Notes: generated by a model not told the origin, from the letters alone. Positions 30,019 to 39,171 are shown, numbered from the stretch's first letter. The stretch: 61,188 nt of DNA from an uncultured Candidatus Saccharibacteria bacterium (GCA_964443395.1 CAYUCN010000001.1:1-61188); one strand, 5' to 3'. Made by a program: numbers and translations.

Positions 30019-31199
30019 TCCATTCTCCTTCTCAGTATATTAACATTCGCACTCGCTAATTTCTCCTTGCGTGGCTCTCTGCTCGTATAGCAAGATAGTT
30101 GTAAAGCAATCCCCAACGCCGCCGCCGTGAACAACATACTTGTACCGCCATAGCTAAGTAACGGCAAAGTGATCCCTGTCAACGGCACCAATCCCGTCAT
30201 CGCCGCAATATTCACAATTACATGTGCCGCCGCCCACGCAAACACCCCCACCACCACTAGCGACTCTTCATCATTTTCTAGATAGTTTGCCGTCCGGAGA
30301 AGCCTCAATAATAACGCTGTAAAGCATCCTATTACCAATAGCAATCCAAAGAATCCAAACGTCTCCCCCATAATCGCAAATACCGAGTCGTTAATCGATT
30401 CCGGCAAATAACCCGTCGCCTGCACACTGTTTCCAATCCCCACCCCAAACATACCACCTGTGCCTATCGCAATCATCGCGTTCTCGATATGATACGCATC
30501 ACTCGAATCTTCCGAGCTAAACGTCATAATTCTTTCCAACCTATGCGGAGACACCACAATCGACGCCACTCCCGCCGCAAGTGCCACCGCCACTACTATC
30601 AAGAAATACTGCATTTTTACCCCGCTCATATATAACATCGCCAAAATAATCGCTGCAATCGCAATCCCCGTACCTAAATCCTTCTGCAGAACTATCACCA
30701 ACCCCAAACTCAGCACGCTCACCACCGCAAATGGTATCCAAAAATCACTACTATTTAATTTCCCTTCTGCCTTACGTTCTGCCATCAGTTGCGCTAAGTA
30801 CAATACTAGACCTAACTTCAGTATCTCCGCCGGCTGCAGACTAAATCCCTGCACTACTATCCATCTACATGCTCCTAGCTCACACTTCGCAAAGCGACTT
30901 CCTACTGCCGCCAATATCGCTAACAATACACACAGTGCTATCCCGCCAAACATCACTAGCTTTGCATACTTACGCATATATTTATACGGTATCTTAAACG
31001 CCAATACTAATACCACCAACGACATAATCACATTCCGTAATTGCTGGATAAAAAACGTATTCTCGCTCAAATTCGTCCCATACACCGAGTTCATCACATT
31101 CGCCCGCATCGGCCCAATCGCATAAATCACAATCAGCCCTACACACAGCAGGACTAGCGTCAAAGCTCCAATTACCCGATCACTCTTATGTCTGCGCAT
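30015..31199 (-). CDS. ftsW: SEDS family peptidoglycan polymerase FtsW
   Basis: GACRW, QPAEILK, QKDLGT, YLPESINDSVF, PLTGITLPLLSYGGTS; start 31199 after GGAGGAG. Confidence 0.93.
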   Translation of the reverse strand: MRRHKSDRVIGALTLVLLCVGLIVIYAIGPMRANVMNSVYGTNLSENTFFIQQLRNVIMSLVVLVLAFKIPYKYMRKYAKLVMFGGIALCVLLAILAAVGSRFAKCELGACRWIVVQGFSLQPAEILKLGLVLYLAQLMAERKAEGKLNSSDFWIPFAVVSVLSLGLVIVLQKDLGTGIAIAAIILAMLYMSGVKMQYFLIVVAVALAAGVASIVVSPHRLERIMTFSSEDSSDAYHIENAMIAIGTGGMFGVGIGNSVQATGYLPESINDSVFAIMGETFGFFGLLLVIGCFTALLLRLLRTANYLENDEESLVVVGVFAWAAAHVIVNIAAMTGLVPLTGITLPLLSYGGTSMLFTAAALGIALQLSCYTSREPRKEKLASANVNILRRRME

Positions 31200-32307
31200 G
31201 GTCTCCTCCAGAATCTTCAATTTCTTGATTCGAGTTCTCGCCTCGTACAAAATCATCTACTTGCTGCATCCTCTCTTGGCTCACAATCCCACCTTGTATC
31301 GCCAAGAACACCCCCACAATCGCAAATACTCCCGCAATCACCCAAAACCTCATCACAATCTTCGCTTCCCCCCAACCTTGCGCTTCTAGGTGATGATGTA
31401 TCGGCGCCGAGATAAACAATTTCTTATGAAACACCTTCTTCCAAAAAATCTGTATCAGCGACGACCCCGCCTCCACCACAAACAAAATTCCAATAATCGG
31501 CAACAAGAAAAACGCATTCGTCATCATCGCCACCACACCTAACCCCGCACCCAGCGCAAACGACCCCGTATCCCCCATCATAAACCGTGCCGGCGGCACA
31601 TTAAACCAAATATACGAAAGTAACCATCCCGCCACCGTCAAACAAAACCCCGTTAGCATCCATTGCCCCTGAAACAGCGCAATAATCCCATACGCTCCAT
31701 ACGCAATCATCGCCAATCCCCCCGCCAGCCCATCTAATCCATCCGAAATATTTACCGCATTGCTTGTCGCTACTACCGCAAATGCAAAAATCAGCATCAT
31801 CCCCACCGCACCTACTTGGAAGTCTCCAAAAAATGGAATCTCGATACTCGTCCAGCCCAATTTACAAGCAAACCACCACCCCAGCCAAATCCCAATCGAA
31901 GTAATCATCGCAAATTTCACCGGCGCTCTTAAGCCTGCCGCACCCTTACCGCTACCAAAAATATTAATAATATCATCAATAAAGCCTACAATACTGCCTC
32001 CCAAAAATCCCGCCAACGGCAACCAAGTCTGCTCACGGTTTAGATTACAAATACAAGTCACCACCGTTACCGTCACCACACCAATCACCCCCGCCATCGT
32101 CGGGAAGTGCCGCGCAAACTTCTTAGCATGCAGCTTCGTCATCACAGGCAAAGCTTCGCCCGTTAAAGTCTCTTTCTTCTGTTTTTTCCAAAACTTATAT
32201 TTATAAGCAAAATAAGTATAGACTGGCGTCAAAAAAGTCGCCAAACAAAACGCCGACAGCGCCAAAAGCAAACCGTAAAATGTTTCGTTGTTCAACGTAT
32301 CGGTCAT
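31186..32307 (-). CDS. mraY: Phospho-N-acetylmuramoyl-pentapeptide transferase
   Basis: PTMAG, GFIDD, NAVNISDGLDGLA, MGDTGS, APIHHHLE. Confidence 0.96.
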   Translation of the reverse strand: MTDTLNNETFYGLLLALSAFCLATFLTPVYTYFAYKYKFWKKQKKETLTGEALPVMTKLHAKKFARHFPTMAGVIGVVTVTVVTCICNLNREQTWLPLAGFLGGSIVGFIDDIINIFGSGKGAAGLRAPVKFAMITSIGIWLGWWFACKLGWTSIEIPFFGDFQVGAVGMMLIFAFAVVATSNAVNISDGLDGLAGGLAMIAYGAYGIIALFQGQWMLTGFCLTVAGWLLSYIWFNVPPARFMMGDTGSFALGAGLGVVAMMTNAFFLLPIIGILFVVEAGSSLIQIFWKKVFHKKLFISAPIHHHLEAQGWGEAKIVMRFWVIAGVFAIVGVFLAIQGGIVSQERMQQVDDFVRGENSNQEIEDSGGDHAQT

Positions 32308-32543
32308 ACTAATCCTATTATATCACAAATCCGCCCGCTCTATGCATTTTTCGTCCCGCTCTCGTCCGCCGCACGCCCCGCACTAAGCCATGCTTACAAA
32401 AATATCGTAGCACCGCCGTCGACGTCCCCAAAATTCCACTAGCTTGTTTAATCGTATAGTATTCCCGCTCTTCCATAACCTCATTATAGCAGATTATGGC
32501 AGAGTCAGGAATATTAACTTAAGGTTTTTATATCCTTCTTATT

Positions 32544-34109
32544 TTAGCGAGCCACACAGCGGACGGAGAAGCCGAGGTAGCGATGGTAGTAGCTGGACGG
32601 GTTAACATTACCACTGGCGAAGCTCAAGTTGTATGCGTTAGTAGCCGCATTGGCCGTAGATGACCAATAGCGACCAAATACACCGACAGGGCTCATAGAG
32701 CCATCGGTGGCGAAACCTGCGTAAACAAAGCTGAGCGGAGCTGTCCTTAACTTTTCACTACCGTCTGCGTCACTACCAATATTATAAGCCGTAGTTAATC
32801 CGCTAAATGACTTTTGCTTAGCGTCAGTATTATTACTAGTAGGTAATTGCCACCCTTTAGGACAAATACTAGATGTGGCATTTTGATCTGCTGGTACTAT
32901 AGTAGTATTAGCTACATTCCCAGCATTGCCTGCATTACTGCTATTAGGAATAATATCAACATATGCTCCTTGTAGGCATGTTCCTGCTGTAGCAGCACAC
33001 CAAGAATAGTATGCTCCGTATTTCTTAGTATCAGGATTAGCTGGATTTCTGACTTGCTGGTTAGGATAAGTAGCTGTACTATTTTTGTCATTTACTTGGG
33101 TACTGCTAAACCCTCCATTTGTCGCTACAGGCAAAGTATAAGTCTTACTTATATCGGTAAATACACTCATATCCAAATCACTATCGTTAATAGTTAGCGT
33201 CGTTCCTCCTGGCAAAGCCAAGTTATCCGTCATCCAGCAATTACCATCAGCTAGTTTACTAATCGTATACTTATTACCATCTCTACTATCCGCAAGAGTC
33301 TTAGTAGGTACAGTAGTAGCACTAGCGGCTGGTGTAGTTTGACTACTACAAGCTGATGGGTTCATGTCTTGCATATACACTAGCTCATCCCAAGTTTTGA
33401 GTAGCTCTTTTGGTTCTATGGCTAATGACAATAGCACACTCGTAGTATAATGCCCACTAGGAATGTTATCGGAGAAGTTAGCAGCAAAGGATAACTTATT
33501 ACTAGTATCAATAGTATTATTAGTAGGAGTATCAGAAGCTAGTAAGCCTGTGCTGATGGTGGTACCTACACTTCCGTAAGCGGGCAAGGTGTAGTAGGTC
33601 ATGGAGTCTTCAGTAGCGTTCTCTGCTCCCCAGGCATAACCCCATGTGTTAGTAGGCATATTGCTACCTACTACACCGCCCGCTCCCGGAATGGTAGTAT
33701 TACCACCATCAAGCTTTAGTTCACTAGTACCATTACTACTAGCAGAGATTTGTAAGGTATATGATTCTACATTAGCAGCTTTGATCTTAATATTATGGCT
33801 TTTATAATTCACTCCGCTTTCTGCTAGTATCACATCCTCGATATTACCATCATCTACGATCAAAGCTGCTGATGTGTCATTAGTACTAGATGTTAACTCT
33901 GCGGCATAGGCTTTATTACTACTACCCATATTACCTAGACTATCATTCATACCATTACTAATACCATTACTAAACCCAGCAGGATTAAGTAAACTACATC
34001 CTAACAAAAGTAAGGCAAGTATGCAGCCAATGGGCATACTATGATATAGTAACTTATTACTATCTAGTATTCTTCCTTTATCCTTTTGATATTTCCTTAT
34101 TTGGCGCAT
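32544..34109 (-). CDS. Surface protein: signal peptide, WxL-like domain, FISUMP domain with DGR-like variable C-terminus
   Basis: DSRDGNKY..CWMTDNL, YGAYYSW, SICPKGWQLP, YWSST, GFSVRCVAR; inserted between ftsI and mraY. Confidence 0.87.
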   Translation of the reverse strand: MRQIRKYQKDKGRILDSNKLLYHSMPIGCILALLLLGCSLLNPAGFSNGISNGMNDSLGNMGSSNKAYAAELTSSTNDTSAALIVDDGNIEDVILAESGVNYKSHNIKIKAANVESYTLQISASSNGTSELKLDGGNTTIPGAGGVVGSNMPTNTWGYAWGAENATEDSMTYYTLPAYGSVGTTISTGLLASDTPTNNTIDTSNKLSFAANFSDNIPSGHYTTSVLLSLAIEPKELLKTWDELVYMQDMNPSACSSQTTPAASATTVPTKTLADSRDGNKYTISKLADGNCWMTDNLALPGGTTLTINDSDLDMSVFTDISKTYTLPVATNGGFSSTQVNDKNSTATYPNQQVRNPANPDTKKYGAYYSWCAATAGTCLQGAYVDIIPNSSNAGNAGNVANTTIVPADQNATSSICPKGWQLPTSNNTDAKQKSFSGLTTAYNIGSDADGSEKLRTAPLSFVYAGFATDGSMSPVGVFGRYWSSTANAATNAYNLSFASGNVNPSSYYHRYLGFSVRCVAR

Positions 34110-34178
34110 ACTTGCCCTCCTTTTGTAATAAATATATTTATTCCCCGGCGATACTGTAAGTTTTTAGGGTATCAAAAA

Positions 34179-34420
34179 ACAGGCTTTGATACATAATCTC
34201 AGTCTTGTTCTGCAAATATGGAATTATCTTTGCCTATCACGAGGCCCTTATGAGAAATCCTAAAATCTAGTAAAAGTCAGCGCAAGAGTTTGCGGAACTT
34301 TTACGGCGGCTTTAGCCGAAGATTCTAGGATTTCTCATCAGGCGATGAGTGATCCAGCAAATATAATTCCTATATTTGCGAAACAAGGCTCGCTATATGA
34401 TATATAACTATCAGGCCTGT
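34179..34420. repeat. About 240-nt imperfect foldback hairpin in the FISUMP leader
   Basis: ACAGGC/GCCTGT, AGTCTTGTT/AACAAGGCT, GCAAATAT/ATATTTGC, GGAATTAT/ATAATTCC, ATGAGAAATCCTA/TAGGATTTCTCAT. Confidence 0.8.
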
Positions 34421-34440
34421 CTTATTGAATTATCTCTAAC

Positions 34441-34592
34441 AACAAAACAGCACCGCTTAACGGTGTTAAGAAAGCTAAATGACAAGTCTCTGCTCACCAA
34501 GTAACTTAGCCGCAAGCGATGCTGTTTTATCCTGGCGAACAAAGCCGTATCATAAAAAGATACTTGCCGTTTTATATTTAGCTTTCTTAACA
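34441..34592 (-). ncRNA. Structured leader RNA upstream of FISUMP gene, copy 3
   Basis: TAGGCA-17-TATAAT (34626-34598); P1 TGTTAAGAAAGCTAAAT/ATTTAGCTTTCTTAACA; loop AAAACAGCATCGCTTGCGG pairs with tail CCGTTAAGCGGTGCTGTTTT. Confidence 0.7.
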
Positions 34593-34905
34593 ACTTCATT
34601 ATATCAAACTTTCACGCGCATGCCTAGACTTGTAAATGACTAACAATCATTACGTGGTATTTTCTCCTCCTACCCCACACCTCAAGATAATTGATTACAC
34701 AAGAAAATACCATACTCATCCATGTTAAAAACATAAATATATTAAAAATTTTATGTAAGATGGAATACTTAGTCTTATTACTTCCGAAACCGACTAAAAG
34801 AACCGTATAGTAAACCAATAAGTTATTATGATTTGATATAAGATATAATTACGTGTCGGTTGAGGGAGTGAGAAGACTAAGTATTCCATTCCTCTTCGCT
34901 AAAAA

Positions 34906-36645
34906 TTATTCTTTTACCTCTGCAGGCGCCACCCTCAAATACTTTTGCACATATTCGTTCAACGCATTAAACACCGGCAACGCATGCTCTTGCCCGCCAG
35001 CTAATTTCCCTTCTTCCCATACTCGCACCATAATCACATAACTAGGTAGTTCCCCTGCCGTCCCGCCTACACCCACATAAGTCGCTTGTGTCTCGTCCAT
35101 AGAATATTTACCATCTTTAATTACCTGCGCCGTACCGGTCTTACCGCCCACATAATAGCCTTCCTTATCAAAACCGTTTTTCCGCCATGCTGACCGCGTA
35201 TTATACAACATCTCACGCATCGCCGCACTCGTCTCCTCGCTCACCGTCTGCCTCGCCGCCTCTTGCGGCTCGTTCTTTACAAACTCCCCGTTAACCATCT
35301 TCCCTGCCACCACCGTCGGAGTATAATATTTTCCGCCATTCACGATCGACGCTACCGCCGCCACCACCTGAATCATCGTCGCCTGCATATTCTGCCCAAA
35401 AGTCATATTTGCATAGAGTGATGCCAAGCCATACATATCCGCATTTGGCTCTATCAATAGTCCTGGCGATTCTATTAGCTCTATTCCTGTATAGTGACCC
35501 AATCCAAAATGCCGGTAATAGTAATCGTACAGCTTCTCGCGCGCCTCATCCGTAATCTCCGTCTCACTCCCGCCCATCCAACGCAGCGCCTGGGTTGAAC
35601 CCGTATTCAAAGAATAATTAAACGCCGTCTGCATCGTCTGTGTCCCAAGTAAGTAGCTCCCCTGTTCTGCATTCCGAATCGGCCATCCGTCTATTGTAAT
35701 CTCCCCAAAATTTGTAAAGGTCTTATCTGCCGTCATCACCCCTAAATCCGTCGCCGCCGCAAACGTAAAAGTCTTACACACACTCGCCGGCTCAAACGGA
35801 TCTTCCACTACATGGTTCACATATACCGCCGCACTCTCCACATTACCATAATCTGCCGGATCATAGCTCGGATAATTTGCCATCGCCAGTACTTCGCCAT
35901 TATTCGGATCCATTACTATGGCACTCATATTCTTAAACCCTAGTTCATCCGATTTCTGCCCTAAAATCTTCTCTACGTTATATTGCAAAGTTTTATCAAT
36001 TGTCAGCACAATATTATCACCGTCCACCGCCGGAGTTTTTACATTACTATCACCAATCGATAACGCCACATTATTAATGTCCTTCACCGTTTTCAATAGT
36101 CCATCCGTCCCAGACAATTCCTCATTCAGCGCCCCTTCTATGCCATATTGGCCAATTCCGTCTGCATTCACAAACCCCAGCACACCCGCCGCTAGCGTCC
36201 CTTCTGGGTAAATCCGCTTCGTGTTCGACTGCAACCACACCCCCGCCATCTCCAGCTCCGCTATCTGCTCTGCTGCTTTACGTTCTACATTCTTTGCAAC
36301 TATATAATATCGACGATTCTTATCCGCAAACACATCCGCCCACTCCGCAATTCTCTTATCGCCTAGTAACGCATCCAATTCTTTTTCCGCCGTCTCTTGG
36401 CTTGTCAACATCGGATCTACTATCACTGTATATACTGTCGCATTCATCACTACCGCCGTCGGCTCACTCCCATCCATCATATAGATTTCCCCGCGCTTCG
36501 CCGGCAATACATTCTGCATCGTTTGCTGTGCCGCCGCCTTCTCTGCCCACTCGTCATGCTGAATAATCTGAATAAAAAACAACCGCACCACGATCACCCC
36601 CATCGCCGCCAGCAAGCCCAATCGCATTACCTTATTTCTGGTCAT
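34906..36645 (-). CDS. ftsI: Class B penicillin-binding protein (FtsI)
   Basis: AKRGEI, RIYP, GQYGIE, EPASVCK (SxxK), SLN, KTGT. Confidence 0.92.
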   Translation of the reverse strand: MTRNKVMRLGLLAAMGVIVVRLFFIQIIQHDEWAEKAAAQQTMQNVLPAKRGEIYMMDGSEPTAVVMNATVYTVIVDPMLTSQETAEKELDALLGDKRIAEWADVFADKNRRYYIVAKNVERKAAEQIAELEMAGVWLQSNTKRIYPEGTLAAGVLGFVNADGIGQYGIEGALNEELSGTDGLLKTVKDINNVALSIGDSNVKTPAVDGDNIVLTIDKTLQYNVEKILGQKSDELGFKNMSAIVMDPNNGEVLAMANYPSYDPADYGNVESAAVYVNHVVEDPFEPASVCKTFTFAAATDLGVMTADKTFTNFGEITIDGWPIRNAEQGSYLLGTQTMQTAFNYSLNTGSTQALRWMGGSETEITDEAREKLYDYYYRHFGLGHYTGIELIESPGLLIEPNADMYGLASLYANMTFGQNMQATMIQVVAAVASIVNGGKYYTPTVVAGKMVNGEFVKNEPQEAARQTVSEETSAAMREMLYNTRSAWRKNGFDKEGYYVGGKTGTAQVIKDGKYSMDETQATYVGVGGTAGELPSYVIMVRVWEEGKLAGGQEHALPVFNALNEYVQKYLRVAPAEVKE

Positions 36646-36746
36646 ACGTCCATTATATCATAAGTATTATTAAAATAGTCTTTACTTAAACCCCAAAAAT
36701 CAGAATCCTTATTATAGAGTAATCTAAGACAAAGCCTCAGGCAGCC

Positions 36747-37100
36747 TTACTCTGTAGCGTACCCGCTCGCCCCCGCATTCTCCATCGTACTCGCCACTTC
36801 ACTGTTTTCCGACGCCGCAATCGACGTCAACCGCGCCTTCTCCACGGCTAAATCTTCCTTTTTCGCCTGCAAATCGGCAATCTCATCATCAATGGCGGAT
36901 AGCTCGTAGTCATAATTTGTCGCTTGTGTACTCTGCGCCACATAAATCAATCCTACTACCAACACGCATAGACCTACCAAGAACGTATACGCTAATGGCC
37001 CTATCGTCTTCTGAGTATGACGTACCGTATTATAATTTCGCGACCATGTTCCCGTAGTGGTCGCCACATTACGCCTAGACGTATACACTTGTGGTCTCAT
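36747..37100 (-). CDS. ftsL: FtsL-like cell division protein
   Basis: TM followed by coiled coil; located between rsmH and ftsI. Confidence 0.65.
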   Translation of the reverse strand: MRPQVYTSRRNVATTTGTWSRNYNTVRHTQKTIGPLAYTFLVGLCVLVVGLIYVAQSTQATNYDYELSAIDDEIADLQAKKEDLAVEKARLTSIAASENSEVASTMENAGASGYATE

Positions 37101-37427
37101 TAATAATCCTCGCAGTTTATTTTTGTTTTATTTTTCTTTTTAAATTGACGTTGTTAAATCAGCCGCCCAGCAAAATCTCATACATTACCCTGCGCCAAAC
37201 ATAGACCAGGAGTCTTATACCTTAGGACAAAACGGCACAAGCTCCTGGGAAGGTCATGTATTTTTCTAAACACTCTCGGTCTTAACTCATCAACCGTTGG
37301 TGAGCCAGAACTGGCCCATATCACGAGGCGCCGCCCATATTTACACTTTTTAGCGCCTCGCGGATTTCTAGTCAAGCTCAGCCAAAATGCCAAACTCAGC
37401 TCGACCTTTCGATATTACTACCGTACT

Positions 37428-37496
37428 TTAGCGAAAGTGAACTTTCACCTTCTGTGCGCGTGAACGGTTGCTAGTTACAATAATTTGACGTGGCAT
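37428..37496 (-). CDS. 22-aa basic small peptide MPRQIIVTSNRSRAQKVKVHFR
   Basis: AAAAAGGAGG RBS with normal spacing to ATG; below the ORF-track cutoff. Confidence 0.55.
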   Translation of the reverse strand: MPRQIIVTSNRSRAQKVKVHFR

Positions 37497-37716
37497 AATA
37501 TTTGCCTCCTTTTTATTTTTTGTTTTATATTTATTAAACACCCGCTATTTCTAGCGTATGCCGCACATCCTCCAGAATTCTCCAGAGGACGTTACTTTTA
37601 TCAACGATAGCCAAAATCCCGCAAGTTCACCATTTAGTACTTCCCTGCTTCATCCAGCTATCATCCGCCCAGCACTGCACTCCATTACTCCTACCATCTC
37701 GCAAAGTCTCCACACT

Positions 37717-38592
37717 CTACATTTTTCTGGCAGCTCGCAATTTTGCACTCCGTGCCCGCGGGTTGATAACCAACTCCTCACTCTCCGCTAGCATTGGCTT
37801 CTTTGTAATCACTGATAATTCTGACTCCTCGCCATATCCAGAAGCTTCCTTCAGCCAATTCTTCACTAGCCGATCCTCTAAGCTATGAAACGTAATCATC
37901 GCCACCCTACCGCCAGGTTTCAATAACCTTGGTATTAACGGCAACGTTCGCTCTATTTCACCTAGCTCATCGTTTACGGCTATGCGTATCGCCTGAAAAG
38001 TCCGCGTTGCCGGATGAATTTTACCACCCCGCCCGTACTTACTCAGCGCACTACCCAACTGCCCCGTCGACTTCCACGGTCGCCCATGTACTATCGCCCG
38101 CGCAATCAGTCTTGCAAAGCCCGGTTTCTCCTCGCCATAACGCTCCAAAATCTCCACAAGTCTTTTCTCGCTCCACTTGTTTATGACTATATCTGCACTC
38201 AGCTCTTGCCTCTGATCCATCCTCATATCTAGCGGACCATCCTTTGCAAAAGAGAATCCTCTCTCGGCTCTATCTAGCTGCGGAGAAGACACTCCAAAAT
38301 CCATTAATATCATATCAAAAGCGTTTCCACACTCAATTTCCTGTAACACCGCACTATAAAAATCCGTATGCAATAGAGTCAATCCTTTTCCTCTAAATTT
38401 ATCTTCTAAGACTTCTATTGCATGCTCATCCCTGTCCACTAAGACAGAAGCATTATAATTCCGTGTTACATCCAAAATCTCACTAGCATGCCCAGCATAA
38501 CCCGCCGTCAAGTCTAAATACGACTCACCCAGCTTCGGCTGTAGCACCGCTAATACTTCTGATAATAATACCGGTTTATGAAGTTCTTCCAT
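37717..38592 (-). CDS. rsmH: 16S rRNA m4C1402 methyltransferase
   Basis: HKPVLLSEV, DLTAGYAGH, DFGVSSPQLD..RGFSF..DGPLDMRM, FQAIRIAVNDE, FHSLEDR, NPRARSAKLR. Confidence 0.97.
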   Translation of the reverse strand: MEELHKPVLLSEVLAVLQPKLGESYLDLTAGYAGHASEILDVTRNYNASVLVDRDEHAIEVLEDKFRGKGLTLLHTDFYSAVLQEIECGNAFDMILMDFGVSSPQLDRAERGFSFAKDGPLDMRMDQRQELSADIVINKWSEKRLVEILERYGEEKPGFARLIARAIVHGRPWKSTGQLGSALSKYGRGGKIHPATRTFQAIRIAVNDELGEIERTLPLIPRLLKPGGRVAMITFHSLEDRLVKNWLKEASGYGEESELSVITKKPMLAESEELVINPRARSAKLRAARKM

Positions 38593-38612
38593 GTATATAT
38601 TATACATCGTTC

Positions 38613-39049
38613 GTTTGAGATCGTTCAACTAGAAATTTTCACGTTTTTGTGTTTTTTGTAGTTTTTGTTTAAAGAATGCTGATATACGATATGTATCTAC
38701 CACAATTCGACAAGCACAAAGCCCATCATACAATTATGGCCGTTGAGAGACTTATAACGTAATAATGAGTGGGTTGTTCGGCCTCAGCATAAGGGACCAA
38801 TAGAGTTAATTGGGAGGTGTTTGTTAAAGAAGTACTTATTGGATTCGGTTTCGCGTATCCCAAACGCGCGCAAAAACTCCTAGTTGGTCGATCTCAAACT
38901 CTGTTAATTTACCTTATCTTTGTTTTGATAATCTTCTCGTGGCCCCCGCACTTCACTTGTATTTCTACATTTATTTTACGTTTTATTTTTTGAGTAAAAT
39001 TGTTTATTTTTATGTAGTTTTTACTTGTTTGTGTGGGTTTTCGTCCACT
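38613..39049 (-). ncRNA. Candidate long ncRNA or leader at the usual mraZ position
   Basis: TTGCGT-17-TATACT promoter (39084-39056), no long ORF on this strand, long-range pairing 38613-38639 with 38872-38899. Confidence 0.4.
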
Positions 39050-39171
39050 GACTTAAGTATAAAGGATTATTTCCAAAAACGCAAGCACTTTTATAAACAT
39101 TTTTCTTATTTTCTCCAAAAAGTTTTCCACAGGCCATCTCGACTTTTAAAAGCTGCGGCCTCAGCCGCAGC

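Noticed and set aside
38613-39049. tmRNA, RNase P RNA, SRP RNA or an mraZ remnant
   Set aside because: No tRNA-like ends, no GAGGAAAGTCC, no SRP loop motif, no MraZ-like reading frame
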